64,000 nt of DNA from Pseudovirgaria hyperparasitica (taxonomy: Eukaryota), in NCBI GenBank assembly GCA_010093815.1, contig ML996567.1. One strand, 5' to 3'. The notes below the pieces were generated by a model. The model had not been told where the DNA came from. It ran no database searches and worked only from the letters and a program-made list of their open reading frames with translations. Shown here one piece after another: positions 36,520-48,149 of this stretch. The translations under genes were made by a program, and so were the position numbers. The stretch's first letter is position 1, and each line of letters starts with the position of its first letter.

Positions 36520-37377
36520 TCAGTCTTCCCGGAGCGATAGCCCTGTCTCCGACTTGCGTCTAAGGTCAGAGAGGTCGTCGACTATCTCTTGTACAGAAGT
36601 ATATGTGCTACTCCAACATCTATGAATAATCTCTTCGGCCACATCAACACGGGGAAACCGCCCTTGCCGGAAGGAATCGCGGATCTTCACCTCGTCTTCA
36701 ATGATATTCAGTTCGGAGAACGGTTGATGGCCGGCCATGATGAAGTAGAGTGTCGAGCCAAGGGCGAAGATATCTGTGCTGATGTCATGGTCGTATGGAT
36801 CGTCACGAGGCTTGCATGCATCTGGTAGTTCTGATGAATCTCCAGCGAGCAGGATCGTGCCGTCGGGCCCCAAGATCTTGCCCTGGAAGTCGCACAGCTT
36901 GACGTGGAGCTCGCTGTCGAGCAGGATGTTCCGGGCAGTGATATCGCAGACCAGGATGTTTTGCTGGTGGACATGAGCGACTCCTTCGGCAGTCTCCTGA
37001 GCGAGCCGTAGCCTCGTTCCGACACTGAGCTTCGGGTTTTTGAGCAAGTACTGATCCAACCACCCGTTCTGGAAGTACTCCAGAAATATACCCCCGTCCT
37101 TGTGTCTCCCCTTTACTTCGGTAATGCGGGGATGTTTGCCGAGTCTCTGGTATATCTCCCATTCAGCGGCGAGACCACTCAGGTATTCTTTGTTTTGAGG
37201 ATACTTCAAGACTGTTGTCTGATCCACAAGCCCAATCCAGTAGTCCCCATCAAGGTTTATGATGGACTTTACTCTATCAGGGAAGTGCGGAATCAAGAGA
37301 GTAGAACCCTCCTCCATCGGCGGCAAATTGTGCCATTCTGACACGCTAAATGAGCTTCTTTGCGGCAATATCAACAT
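36520..37377 (-). CDS. Intronless atypical protein kinase (fungal lineage-expanded, TKL-like)
   Basis: VLKYP (beta3 Lys), EWEIYQRLGKHPRI, LEY, catalytic loop VCDITARNILL, DFQG, TDIFALGSTLY; start uncertain. Confidence 0.8.
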   Translation of the reverse strand: MLILPQRSSFSVSEWHNLPPMEEGSTLLIPHFPDRVKSIINLDGDYWIGLVDQTTVLKYPQNKEYLSGLAAEWEIYQRLGKHPRITEVKGRHKDGGIFLEYFQNGWLDQYLLKNPKLSVGTRLRLAQETAEGVAHVHQQNILVCDITARNILLDSELHVKLCDFQGKILGPDGTILLAGDSSELPDACKPRDDPYDHDISTDIFALGSTLYFIMAGHQPFSELNIIEDEVKIRDSFRQGRFPRVDVAEEIIHRCWSSTYTSVQEIVDDLSDLRRKSETGLSLRED

Positions 37378-38419
37378 GGTAAGCTCGGATACGGGTTGAG
37401 AGAACGCTGAAGGATATAGCACTTGCGTAGAAGAGAGGAGCTTTAGTCCAAACCTTTGGGAACTGAACTACATTGCGGCGCAGTCGATTACGGTCATTCA
37501 AATCCGGCATTAGACATCAACTGGGAGGTATAATTACATACATACAACTAGACAGTAGAAGTGACAAACAAAACAACCCCATGTTTCACAATATCGTATA
37601 AGTATAATGCCATCGGTGGTGACCGATAGAGAGCAGACCTTACCGTCGATACAATACCACCATCACGTACCGTACCTACCGGAAGAAAGCTCAACAAGAC
37701 TCTCTGCGCCGACTAGAAGCAGTACAATCATGAACATCACGAATAAAAAGTCTGGCTAGATAGCATGACTAGAAAGTCATACGATAAACACGGGCCTACG
37801 TGCGCCAGGACACGAATATCTCAGCACAACTTCGAACTTGGGACAACACAAGCATATCGAAACACAGCCTAAAAAAAAGCTCTTAGAGGAGACCACTATG
37901 GTTTCATTTGTAATTCGATTCGAGTTATCCTCTCTCTCTGTCTGCCTGAGAGAGAGAGAGGCGTCTGATATCTGCCTTGCTCGAGGCAAAGGGTTCGGTA
38001 TCTTACATACTCGCGATTTGATTCCGAGAATCGCACTTCGATGGCGTGCCATGCTATAAAGACCATTTCGCCTACTCCAAGCTGCCACTGTGCTAAAAAG
38101 CTGCCCCGTCAAACACCCAGAAAAATGATATGAGAGGGGTGTAATGCAGTGCCACCGGGTCTGCAACGCCGTGCGTAATGTAATGAGCGATTGAAAAGGC
38201 TCCTATAAGAAAATTGAAGATACTACTTTGTAGACTCTTGTGTTATCGGACAATGCCCGATGTTAGAATGAAGGACGATGCTTGATGTTTGGATGTTTAT
38301 GGGAGTGGTGGTGGTTGCAATGTTAGTTGACCTGCGCATAAGCATAAATGAGACAATCTATCTTGATGCTCGAAACGAATGAAATCATTTGTACAAAACG
38401 GTCGTCTTTCGGCGATGTG

Positions 38420-41040
38420 TCATTGGGGAACGCGACGCTCAGTGTTGGAAACGCTCACGTCCCTAATGGGTTTATCCTCAAATGTGTTGCGATTTCCACC
38501 GACTGCCTGCACGACTGGTGCGGTTGTAGTACTCTGCTGTTCTTGGACTTCTCCTGGGGGAACCTGAGGAGGCTCATTGGCGGCCTGTTCCCGCTTCGTA
38601 GATGTCTCACCAGCAATTGACTGAGATGGCTTGACATTCACTGGGTGTTCCGGTATTCTCTCGATATGTGTTGCACCAGACGTCGACGTTTCTTTTTCTT
38701 CCTTGCCAGCGACAGCAGCGCTAAGGCTCGTGAAATTGATCATAGGCTCGCTAGATGTATTTCCGCTTGGAGTTGGCTGAGAGCTGAGATCTGAGTCGTC
38801 GCCGGACGGTGCAAACATCCCACCGGATGCTGGGCTGGTTCCGAGTGCACTTGCACCGATACGAGAATTTGGGTTGTAGGTTGACTCATCGATAGACGAT
38901 GCCTCTGAAGAGTTATTTGATCTCTCACGAAGCAGTTGGCGATGCGACGACTCGCCCAGTGCGTTGAATACCGACGCGCCAAATGGGGAGTCGGGCACCT
39001 GCTCTTCTAATCGAGCCCTACTCTCCTGAAGATGCTGCTGAGATGCTGTTCTTGTTGACATTGGTGGGGATGGGACAGCGGGCACTTCGGGAGCATCTTC
39101 GGACCGGTCAACCTCTTTTCCTTTGCCTTGAACAGCATGGCCCAGGGAGCTTCGTGATGCCATAGCAGAAGTGCTACCAAAAAGACTACTTTTCAGTGAC
39201 TCTTTTGCCGCCTTCTTCGCGTCCTTTGCTTTCTTCTTTTCTTCCCTTTTGGCTTCTTTCATAGCTTCCTTTTCCTCTTTGCGCTTGCGCTCTTCTTCAG
39301 TAGCCAAGCTCATCCGTATAGCTTCTCTCACCATCAACTCTTCAATATCTTCAATTCGTCTTCTTGAGCTCTGGCGAGCCGAAGCCAAATTGTTCTGGTC
39401 TTCACTCTCCCCTCGTCTTTCCCTCTCGAGTAGCTCCAGATCCCGGTTCCTGTCTATTGGAATGAGAATACTACCCGGCAGGCCTGAGCTTTCTCCATGT
39501 CGAGGAGTGCCTCGACCACTGCTGTTCGGACTGTCCCCGCCAATGGCGATCCTTCGACGACGTCCAAATCCTAGCCGTGTGCCTTCACTTCCACCTTGAT
39601 TCCCAAGCACATAAGCTGCATTGTGCAAAGCGGTAGCTGCTGCTGCACGACGCATCGCATGCGCGCGTGCATCCGATAACTTCTTTGCCCAGTCTGGTCT
39701 AACTCTATCTGTAGTGATAACGCCTGGTGCAGTGGCTGACAATGATGTTGCTCGTCTTCTGTTTGTCGCAGGGGATGCAGCGCCGGAATGCAGCGAAGAC
39801 GTCGACGACATTGCTGAGGCTACAAAGTGGCTCCCGCCAGCATAAGCCAGGCCACGTCTGAATGGAGGCGGCTCATATGTTACACCAAACTCTGGTTGAG
39901 CACAGTATGGGCATGCAGCGGGCTCCGAGACCAGGTTTACTGCGTCTTCCGAGTTTGTTGATGGATGAGTAGGATCATTTGAATCGTCATGATGCTCTGG
40001 CACGTGTGGGTCGGGTCGTTTGATTTGGACAAAACATTCGGAGCATATCGGCTGATCGCAACAGCGCGTCTTGTTTAGATAGGGCGGATAATATAAAAAG
40101 CAAATTGGGCACTCCGAGGCGTCCTTGTATAGGTACGCCTCCAGTCGGATACCGTTTACATAAGGATCCTTTGGCATTTGAATTTCCTGGGGGAGAAGAT
40201 CAGTCTGCGAGCCGTTGTTTTTGGTACTGGATAATGCAGCCAACGTCTTCGCTCTTCCCCGGAAGAATGGCGATGATGATGAGGGGGATTGTCCAATTGG
40301 TGATGCTGATGATGGTAAGGAGAAAGCGGGGTGTGAGGCAGAAAGGTTCATCGATCGTTCAGATTGTGCTGACTGTGATCGACCAGTGATAGGAACGGTC
40401 AGATGGTTGACATTGGTGCTGGAAGCAGCTGGACTAGGTTCTGCATGATTCACAAGATCTGCAGGAATCTCGTCGGCGGCTGGTATTGGGTTTCCTCTCG
40501 CAGCGGAGACAATCTGATGCTCGACCCAGGACTCCGAAAAGTCATTTAGGCCTCTCCAGAACGGGGCTATCCTTCGTTCCAGCTGTAGAGTAGGTCAGTA
40601 TTGCTCGTTGAAGGACGAATACTACACATTACCATCAGCTGTCGGACTACAGGTTTGCTGAAGTCTTCTGGGCCGGTGTAGGTCCCCAATGTGACGAGAA
40701 ATCCTCCATCGACGCCTTCTTCCTTCAAACTCCTTTCACGCTCTTTTTCCCGCAGTTCCCGTTCTTTGGCAAGCTTCCGCGCTTCTCTCTCTGCCTTTGT
40801 TTCCCGCCGAGTCTCCGGGGGTGTTTGATCGCCATTGTCGCGGGATACTGGAATGCCAAGGAAATTCAAGTCAGTTCTACTTTGCCGACCGGGTCTTGGA
40901 GTGTATGTGGCATTCAGGCGATCAGCAGTGCTGTGTGGAGGAGGGCTTGCGGGCCCAGGTGATGTGGAAGAATGTTCGTGACGACTGATAGGTCTTTGCG
41001 CACCATAAGACCGCGATTCTTTCCCGGAGCTATTGCCCAT
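38420..41040 (-). CDS. SIP5: Sip5 family protein (Snf1/Glc7-Reg1 associated), 2 exons
   Basis: MGNSSGKE start; VDGGFL, LM|LERRIAPFWRGL across intron 40632-40583; ECPICFLYYPPYLNKTRCCDQPICSECFVQIKR. Confidence 0.9.
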
Positions 41041-41744
41041 TGTCCGGATAGGAAGTAGGGCAAGGTATGGCTGTGCACTGTCTTGCAAGTGTAGGATCAG
41101 TTATAGCCACGGAGAGGTGGAGGGTGACATTAGCGATAGGAAGACGACGAGCAGGGTTAGCAGGTCACGCTGGAGCTCTGCAAAATGGCGATAGAACAAG
41201 GATGTATTTGTCGCGTGTCACAAGGACATGCTATCCTCCCAGCAGCGTATGTTAATACTGCTTATCGACCAGCGAGCGACGGCGGAACGGACGGGGACCG
41301 TAGTATGGAGTGTCACAACGCGGGCGGATGTGGTGTTGCGAGCTGCGTGGGCGAGATACGTGGGTAGGTAGTAGGTACCCGTGCACCTACACCTAGTATG
41401 CGATAAGTGGTCGGAGGAGGGGGGAAGGAAGGATGGACCGTGGGAGCGATGTAAGCTGCCGGAGGAGAGGAGAAGAAAAAGAAGAAGTAGAAGAAGAAGA
41501 AGACGACGACGACGACAAGCTCAGGCGGTTGTTTTGAGGCCGAGGTGAATGGTTCAAGTATGTGAGGTAATATGAAGCGACGGCGACGTTAATATTATTA
41601 TGAAGACTGATGTCAGCACAAGCAGGGCCAGCCGAACTGGGGCGGGCAGAGGGGAACGACAGGGCACCACTTGGGAAGTTAATAAGAATGTGCCGCACGC
41701 CATGGCCAATCCATCACACAGTTGGCTTAAAAGCCTATGGATAC

Positions 41745-41852
41745 TACTATCACGGCCCATACTATCATGGCCCGTACTATCATAGCTCATAATACTATCA
41801 TAGCTCATTGAATACTATGTGATAGCCCATAGCCCATAGCCCATAGCTCATA
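41745..41852. repeat. Degenerate minisatellite (TACTATCAYRGCYC x4-5) followed by (TAGCCCA)n
   Basis: Units start at 41745, 41760, 41775, 41793 and 41813. Confidence 0.8.
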
Positions 41853-43088
41853 TAGACTCGGACGTGGCTATCGTTGGTTGACTGATTAGGCCAAACCTCC
41901 CACTGAGCAATAATAGTAATATCTACGGTATTGTTATAACTCACAACCACGACCTGTCGGGCGATTTACAAATCGTGTGCCTTGCATCTCCTTCTTTCTC
42001 CTTCTGCGACTGTCAATACGGCCATATATCGATCGTATCAGGTCCCTCGTCCGGTGATCTAATAGTCGGCCATCTTATCGCTCGTCTTGGGTCACATTCA
42101 CAAGCCCATGGCGTATGTATCTGCCAGTATCAGTGTCGGTATCGGTATCAGTCTCTGTGGAATCGAGCTGGTCACACGCTCCTTGTTTGCTATCTCTGCG
42201 CGTTGCTGCATCTCTACAACGCATAGTTGCTGGTCTGGATATGTTGCCAGTCTGCAATGGTCCGAGCCTCACAGACACACGGTAGTTTGTGTCGCATATT
42301 ACTAGCAATCAATCTCCATGTGTTTTGTCCTCCCTCCTAGATCCCAAAAGCAGCTCCACGTTTCGACTTAAACTCCGGGGAGCTAGTTTGCCTTGCATCC
42401 TTCGGTTCCTGCTTTTTGAAATCGCTCAACCTTGAACCAAGGCACTGGCACGGGTCCCCCCAACGCAGGGGGTCCACCAGGTGTCACTGTGGATATGTTA
42501 AACTTTGAGCACGGCCAATGGTCGAAGTACCCAAATCCAAATCGCTGCGATGCCGTCGATGAGCGATGCATGTTGGGGCAACAAAAGGGACGACACAGCT
42601 TCCTCATGATAGGCCAGACAAGTGACTGGCGGATGATCGCCGTAGTCGAATCGTGGTTGTAGCAAGCTGGACAGCTCAGATCGTTGACATCACAGCGTAC
42701 GCGTCTGCTGGGATTCTAGTGGTGGAGATCTGCGGGGATGATTCCGACATTTGGCCAGCCTATTGATGCTTTGATGCCTTGGTGCCTTGGTGTCTTGATG
42801 TGTAGATGCTAACTGTAACGCGAAGGAGTATAACGTTTTGCTTCATTATAATACAACAGTTCCTGGTAAGATCAAATGCCAGATGAGGTGGATAAGATAA
42901 TGCTCAACATACTGTCGCCATTATCTTCTGTATACGTGCTTTAAGCTATCCGCACTCGTCCTGTTCGAGTGTGTGACCACTGATAATGCGAATTCGAGTT
43001 CATACAACTCAAGACTCCGGTATATGCAATACTCCTTCAAATGCAAGTCAAGAAAATGCCCCCTGTTCAGAGTCACTACATGTCACTT

Positions 43089-46000
43089 TCAACTCGTTCC
43101 TACCCTAGCTGTCCCTTTGTATTCGTCCTTCAATATCCATCGACCCCTACCCCTAGATCCTCTCTGCAGTGTCGCAATCTGTCGAAGCATCTCTTTGAAC
43201 TCCGCTGTTTCGCTTTCCGTTGTGCAGTACCGACCAAAGTGATCAATGAGATTCTGCGTATACACACTGCCTCCATGAGTCATGATGTAGTCACGGATCA
43301 TTTTAATGAACGCTCGCCCTCGAGGCTTGCTCTCGTCACGCATACCAGTGCCATTTCGTGTCAAGCCAGACTGGCTTGGCCCTGCTTGAGTGGGATTTCG
43401 CGCTGAGAGGTTTGACAGGATCGAGCTAGATCCAAGACCGCTCCCGATGCCCCCTCGTCCTCGTCCTCGTCCTCGCGGGTCCGGAGGTCGTCCACCATCA
43501 CCAAACGTGCCAGTCCACGTTGGCGTCCCAATTGGCACTGTTCGAGCAACTTCACCGGCACGTCTGAGCTCCTCAGCAGCTTCGGCGGCAATCCGTTTTG
43601 CCTCTTTGGCAATCACTTCTGGATCTGCTTTGACCTTCTTTCTCCTGTTCCCAGCCCCAGATTCGATGATTGCATCGTGCTCAAGAGCGGAGTGGACCCC
43701 AGATCTCGAGAAAATTGTGGACAGAAGGCGCTGGTCTTTGACGTCGCTCACAGGCTTGAGCTCAGCTTCTGTAACATTCGAAGACGACTCTGGTGTGGTA
43801 GCAGATGACTCTCCTGTTCGATAGTCTTCATGTCGTGCGACGGCAAATATCTTGTCCACATTAGATGGACCTGTTTCCAATTGTGAGCCTGGTTTGACGT
43901 CTTCTATCGGTGCGCCGTCATTGTTCGCTTCTTGCTTATCCTTGAATCTGACTTCGGTGCCTTGGAATAAAGTGCTAGTCTCTGTTTGCCCTTCCGGCTG
44001 TTCATCTCCTAGGGTAAACAAGTCATGAAGATCGCGGAGCTGAAATGTTTGACGCTGTTTTGGGTCTCTCAAAATTTTGTTTGTTAGAAATTGCTTGAAA
44101 ATCTGGCGATGATATATCTTCTCTTCGATCGTGCCCGCTGTCATTAAACGATATATCTCAACTTCTCGTTTCTGACCCAGCCTCCATGCACGCTCCCGGG
44201 CTTGTACATCAGTTGACGGATTCCAGTCGGGGTCGAATATGATTACTCTATCAGCGCCTGTAAGGTTGACTCCCAATCCTCCGACCTTAGTAGTAAGAAG
44301 AAAGACATGTAAATCGGGATCGGTGTTGAACTGGTCGACCATCCGTTGTCGATCCTTGATGTCCGTTGTACCGTCCATACGCAGGAAATTAACGCCGTCC
44401 ATCTTCCTGACAAACTTTTGAAGTATGTCAAGCATGATGCGCTGTTGAGAGAACAGTAGCGTCTTGTGTCCATTCTTCTTCCACATCTCGAGCAGCGCTT
44501 TCACTACTTGCATCTTTCCAGACTTAACACCGCTACCGTAGTCGTACCCGACCTTCTGTGGTAATTTCTTGTGGTCGACCAGGTCCGGATGATTACTGAT
44601 CTTGCGAAGAATGTCCACACCGTAAAGCGCTTGCCTCCTCCCAGAAAGAATTGATTTCATATCTTCTGATTTGAGGAAGAACTCATATGCATCTCTTTGT
44701 ATCTTGGTAAGCTTACAAAACAGAACACGCTCGCTCTTCTTCGGTAAGTCCGCTGCGACGTCGACCTTGAAACGCTGGAGGAGATATGGGCTGATTGTCT
44801 CCTTCAAAGTCTCTGCACACTTCATCGCGGTTTCAACTTGTAGATTTGACGCATTTGCATATCCTCCTTGCTTGATTGGGTGTTCGAATTGGAGTCTGAA
44901 ACTCGGTAGTGTTCCAAGGCGCATTGGAAAGACGAAATCGAAGAGTGACCAGAGCTCAGTAAGGTTGTTCTGCATAGGCGTTCCCGACAAGATGATACGA
45001 TTGTGGGTTTGTAGTGTTTTGCAATGATATGCGACAGTCGTTTCTGGGTTGCGAATCTTGTGGCCTTCGTCTAGGACAGCGTATTCCCAGTTGACGGGTA
45101 CCAACAACTCTGCGTACGTGAGAAGCCCTGTATATGTGGTGACTAAGACATGACCTTCGTTAACGACACGGTCCACGATCTTTTTAGCTGCTTTCTGAGC
45201 CTTGGTAAGGCGTTTGGTAGAGCCTCGATAGCGGTCATCCTCGAGGTCACGCTCTATTTGGCTCTCCCTCTTCACGTCCATCATGCCGCTCCCGGAGGTA
45301 TGGAGGATAGAGACACGTAATGCTGGCCACCATTGATGGAACTCGTTGACCCATTGCTTCATGACTGTTGCTGGCGCTACAATTATGACAGGCTTCGTGA
45401 GCTTCTTCGAATAGTGTAAGCCCGCCACGAAGGATATGATCTGAATTGTCTTTCCCAAGCCCATCTCATCGCCCACGATCCCTCCTACCTGCTGCGAGTA
45501 CAGCTCAGAGAGCCATTGCACGCCTGTTTTTTGGTAGTCGAACAGAGAAGGATAGATGTCTCCAGGAACTCTGTAGCCACCTCCCAGGTCGGCATCAGGT
45601 CTCGTCGGATGTGGGTTGTGCCACTCATCTTCGACATTCAGCTCTTCCCCAATGTCTTCTTGCCCATCCTCCTGAGAGGTCAATTCACACCGTGCTTTTT
45701 TCCGAGCAGCTCTCCTCGCTGTCGCCCACTTTTGTAGTCGGTTTTGATACAGTCTTTCATTCCCATCATCCACTCCGGCCAAATCCTCCACCTCATCTAG
45801 TTTTGTGTGACGCTTGCTTGCAGGCTTCCTCTTGTGCGAGCCTGGAACTTCGATATATTCGTCGCTATCGTCCTCTGCTTCACTATCATCTCCTGGAATA
45901 AAGTCCTCCTCTTCCCCAACGTTCTCATCCTTTTCATCTCGAAATCCAGGGCGCAACAGGTTTCTATGTGACACGGGGGCAATAGCAGCCTCGACTTCTG

Positions 46001-46520
46001 TCTCGTTAACCAGGACATCCTCATCATCGTTCGCTTCAGCATCCAACATGACATCGGTCAAGCTTGCGGAGACCTTGGGTATTTGCGCAATCTTGGAGAA
46101 TGGTGTAATCTTGCCGGTACGAATTAGGAACTCCCTTCGGGATTCGTTTGGTAGTGGGCCAGAATGTCCTGCATCTTGTTCAGGAACGTCTATGGACTCG
46201 CGATGTCTGTCTTCGATCCTGGTCTGTATCTGGGCGAGCTCTTTGTCCGCATGGTCAAGCTTGACTTCTAAGTCTGCGATATCTGATCGGATCTTATTCT
46301 TGATGTTTGAGTTAGCCGGTTGACCGAGGCGAGCACGAAGTTGTCGAGTCCGTGCAGTCAGTCTACTTTTCTCAAGCTGTGTCTTCTCGAGGCGCTTCTT
46401 GTCTCGTTCGTCCGCCTGCTCAGTGAGCATCTGATCAGCCTGCCGGCCGATATCTCTTTCTAGATCATCCTGGTCCCGCACAGCAGTCTCCAGGAGGACA
46501 TTTGGTATCTCCTCAGACAT
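43089..46520 (-). CDS. RAD26: Transcription-coupled repair SNF2 ATPase Rad26/CSB/ERCC6
   Basis: LIRTGKITPF, LFDYQKTGVQWL, GDEMGLGKT, DEGHKIRNP, SGTPMQNNL, DPDWNPSTDVQARERAWRLGQ, C-terminal winged-helix FKEMLRQIA. Confidence 0.95.
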   Translation of the reverse strand: MSEEIPNVLLETAVRDQDDLERDIGRQADQMLTEQADERDKKRLEKTQLEKSRLTARTRQLRARLGQPANSNIKNKIRSDIADLEVKLDHADKELAQIQTRIEDRHRESIDVPEQDAGHSGPLPNESRREFLIRTGKITPFSKIAQIPKVSASLTDVMLDAEANDDEDVLVNETEVEAAIAPVSHRNLLRPGFRDEKDENVGEEEDFIPGDDSEAEDDSDEYIEVPGSHKRKPASKRHTKLDEVEDLAGVDDGNERLYQNRLQKWATARRAARKKARCELTSQEDGQEDIGEELNVEDEWHNPHPTRPDADLGGGYRVPGDIYPSLFDYQKTGVQWLSELYSQQVGGIVGDEMGLGKTIQIISFVAGLHYSKKLTKPVIIVAPATVMKQWVNEFHQWWPALRVSILHTSGSGMMDVKRESQIERDLEDDRYRGSTKRLTKAQKAAKKIVDRVVNEGHVLVTTYTGLLTYAELLVPVNWEYAVLDEGHKIRNPETTVAYHCKTLQTHNRIILSGTPMQNNLTELWSLFDFVFPMRLGTLPSFRLQFEHPIKQGGYANASNLQVETAMKCAETLKETISPYLLQRFKVDVAADLPKKSERVLFCKLTKIQRDAYEFFLKSEDMKSILSGRRQALYGVDILRKISNHPDLVDHKKLPQKVGYDYGSGVKSGKMQVVKALLEMWKKNGHKTLLFSQQRIMLDILQKFVRKMDGVNFLRMDGTTDIKDRQRMVDQFNTDPDLHVFLLTTKVGGLGVNLTGADRVIIFDPDWNPSTDVQARERAWRLGQKREVEIYRLMTAGTIEEKIYHRQIFKQFLTNKILRDPKQRQTFQLRDLHDLFTLGDEQPEGQTETSTLFQGTEVRFKDKQEANNDGAPIEDVKPGSQLETGPSNVDKIFAVARHEDYRTGESSATTPESSSNVTEAELKPVSDVKDQRLLSTIFSRSGVHSALEHDAIIESGAGNRRKKVKADPEVIAKEAKRIAAEAAEELRRAGEVARTVPIGTPTWTGTFGDGGRPPDPRGRGRGRGGIGSGLGSSSILSNLSARNPTQAGPSQSGLTRNGTGMRDESKPRGRAFIKMIRDYIMTHGGSVYTQNLIDHFGRYCTTESETAEFKEMLRQIATLQRGSRGRGRWILKDEYKGTARVGTS

Positions 46521-46930
46521 GGTCTCTTAGCAAGGTGTTTTTCTATTGTCAGCGGTGTCACAGGCTGAAGGAGTGAATGAACACAAGGTGATGACAATTT
46601 TGGCAGTGGCTTAAAGCGCACACAGCCATGGAGAGGTAATTCGATGAATCTTGTCTCGAAGCACTAGGGTGGGAAGTGCTTTCGAGGCATTTGCAGTCGC
46701 AGGCGATTATTCACTTAGGCAGTAGCGGCCGCTGACCTCATCGTTCCCACGAAACGCGCTATCACTCAGCATTCCTGGCGCGCTCGCGCAGGCAGAATAG
46801 TGGGGTAGGGCGCACATCCATCTTTTGGCTCGAGCGGCAGCCTTACCTGATCCTGACCATGTCTAGTAATTACGGCCTCTCTCCACAACATCTGCAATAA
46901 TGTGACATTGTTCACGCCATATCATCCTCG

Positions 46931-47935
46931 ATGCCGTCAACCAAAGATGCGTCGCTGTATGGCGAGCCACGCCCAAAGAAGAGTCACTCCAAGGAAGTCT
47001 CATCCTCGAGTACTCTGGCATTCACATCTCAACTATCGTCTCTCATAGCTTCTTCCTCGAAGGATAGCTCCAAGACCATGAGTGGAAGAGCGCGAAAAGG
47101 CAACAAGGACGACATATTCAAAGCGCACAATAAGAATGCCAAGAAGCGTGCTCTGAAGGATCTCCAGGACTCTGAGATGAGTCGGCCTGCCGCCAGTACC
47201 GAGCCTCTGGATGAAGCACAATGGAAACGCGCGCGGAGAAAGATGGAAGAGAAATCAAGGCTGTACAACGCAATGAAGAGAGGAGATATAGAAGATCTGG
47301 ATGATAAGCATATGGTAGATTTTGATCGGAAGTGGGCAGAAGCACAAGACAAGCCCGAAGATCAAGCTCCGGAAATCTCGTCGGACGAGGACGAAGAAAG
47401 TGATGAAGAGTTGATCGAGTACCAAGACGAGTTTGGCCGGACGAGGAAGGGCACACGTGCTGCAATTGCTCGGGAAGAAATGGCGAAACGAACCAATGCC
47501 CGAATTCAGGAAGAGCAGCTCGGAACAAAGCCAACTGCACCGTCCAACATTATCTACGGCGACACTATACAAACGGCAGCTTTCAATCCAGACGAGAGTG
47601 TGGCATCGAAGATGGCTGAGCTGGCTGCTAAGAGAGATAAAGAACCCACACCTCCTCCAGACAAGCACTTCGATTCGAAGGAAGAGATACGGACGCGCGG
47701 CACAGGCTTCTACGCATTCTCTGGCGACAAGGAAGAGAGGGAACGACAAATGAATGCTCTGAAAAAGGAACGGGAGGAGACCGAGCGCGCACGATCTGAG
47801 ATGAGCCAGAGAAAGGAGCAGCGGAAACGGGAGGTGGAAGAACGACGAAAGGCTATCAACGCTAAAAGATTGAAAGGAGAGGCCGACAGGTTTCTTGCTG
47901 AGCTGGAAGTGCCGAAGAACTTGGGTGGTGGCTGA
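46931..47935 (+). CDS. CCDC174-like (DUF4078) coiled-coil protein
   Basis: MEEKSRLYNAMKRG, VDFDRKW, EYQDEFGRTR, HFDSKEEIRTRGTGFYAFS motifs; divergent from RAD26 (410 bp). Confidence 0.8.
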   Translation: MPSTKDASLYGEPRPKKSHSKEVSSSSTLAFTSQLSSLIASSSKDSSKTMSGRARKGNKDDIFKAHNKNAKKRALKDLQDSEMSRPAASTEPLDEAQWKRARRKMEEKSRLYNAMKRGDIEDLDDKHMVDFDRKWAEAQDKPEDQAPEISSDEDEESDEELIEYQDEFGRTRKGTRAAIAREEMAKRTNARIQEEQLGTKPTAPSNIIYGDTIQTAAFNPDESVASKMAELAAKRDKEPTPPPDKHFDSKEEIRTRGTGFYAFSGDKEERERQMNALKKEREETERARSEMSQRKEQRKREVEERRKAINAKRLKGEADRFLAELEVPKNLGGG

Positions 47936-48149
47936 AGTGCTTCGAGGTGATGCAATGCAAGACTTCAATTCCAGAGGACCGGGAAAGTACAACATTTGAT
48001 GCATTGTGAAATTGACACGCGACCAAACTGAACTGACAAACTTTAAACAATCGACGTTGCTCGATTTCAATCTGACCAAAAACATGTCGATATGATTGCT
48101 CTACGGATTACTCAGATGGCTACCTCTGTTTTTTGCCCACGGGGCTCGT

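Noticed and set aside
41745..41852. Repeat units as a CRISPR-like array
   Set aside because: Eukaryotic context, no unique spacers, no cas genes
47255..48085. 276 aa minus-strand hydrophobic ORF
   Set aside because: Antisense to the Lys/Glu-rich CCDC174-like gene; Phe/Leu/Ser richness is a complement artefact
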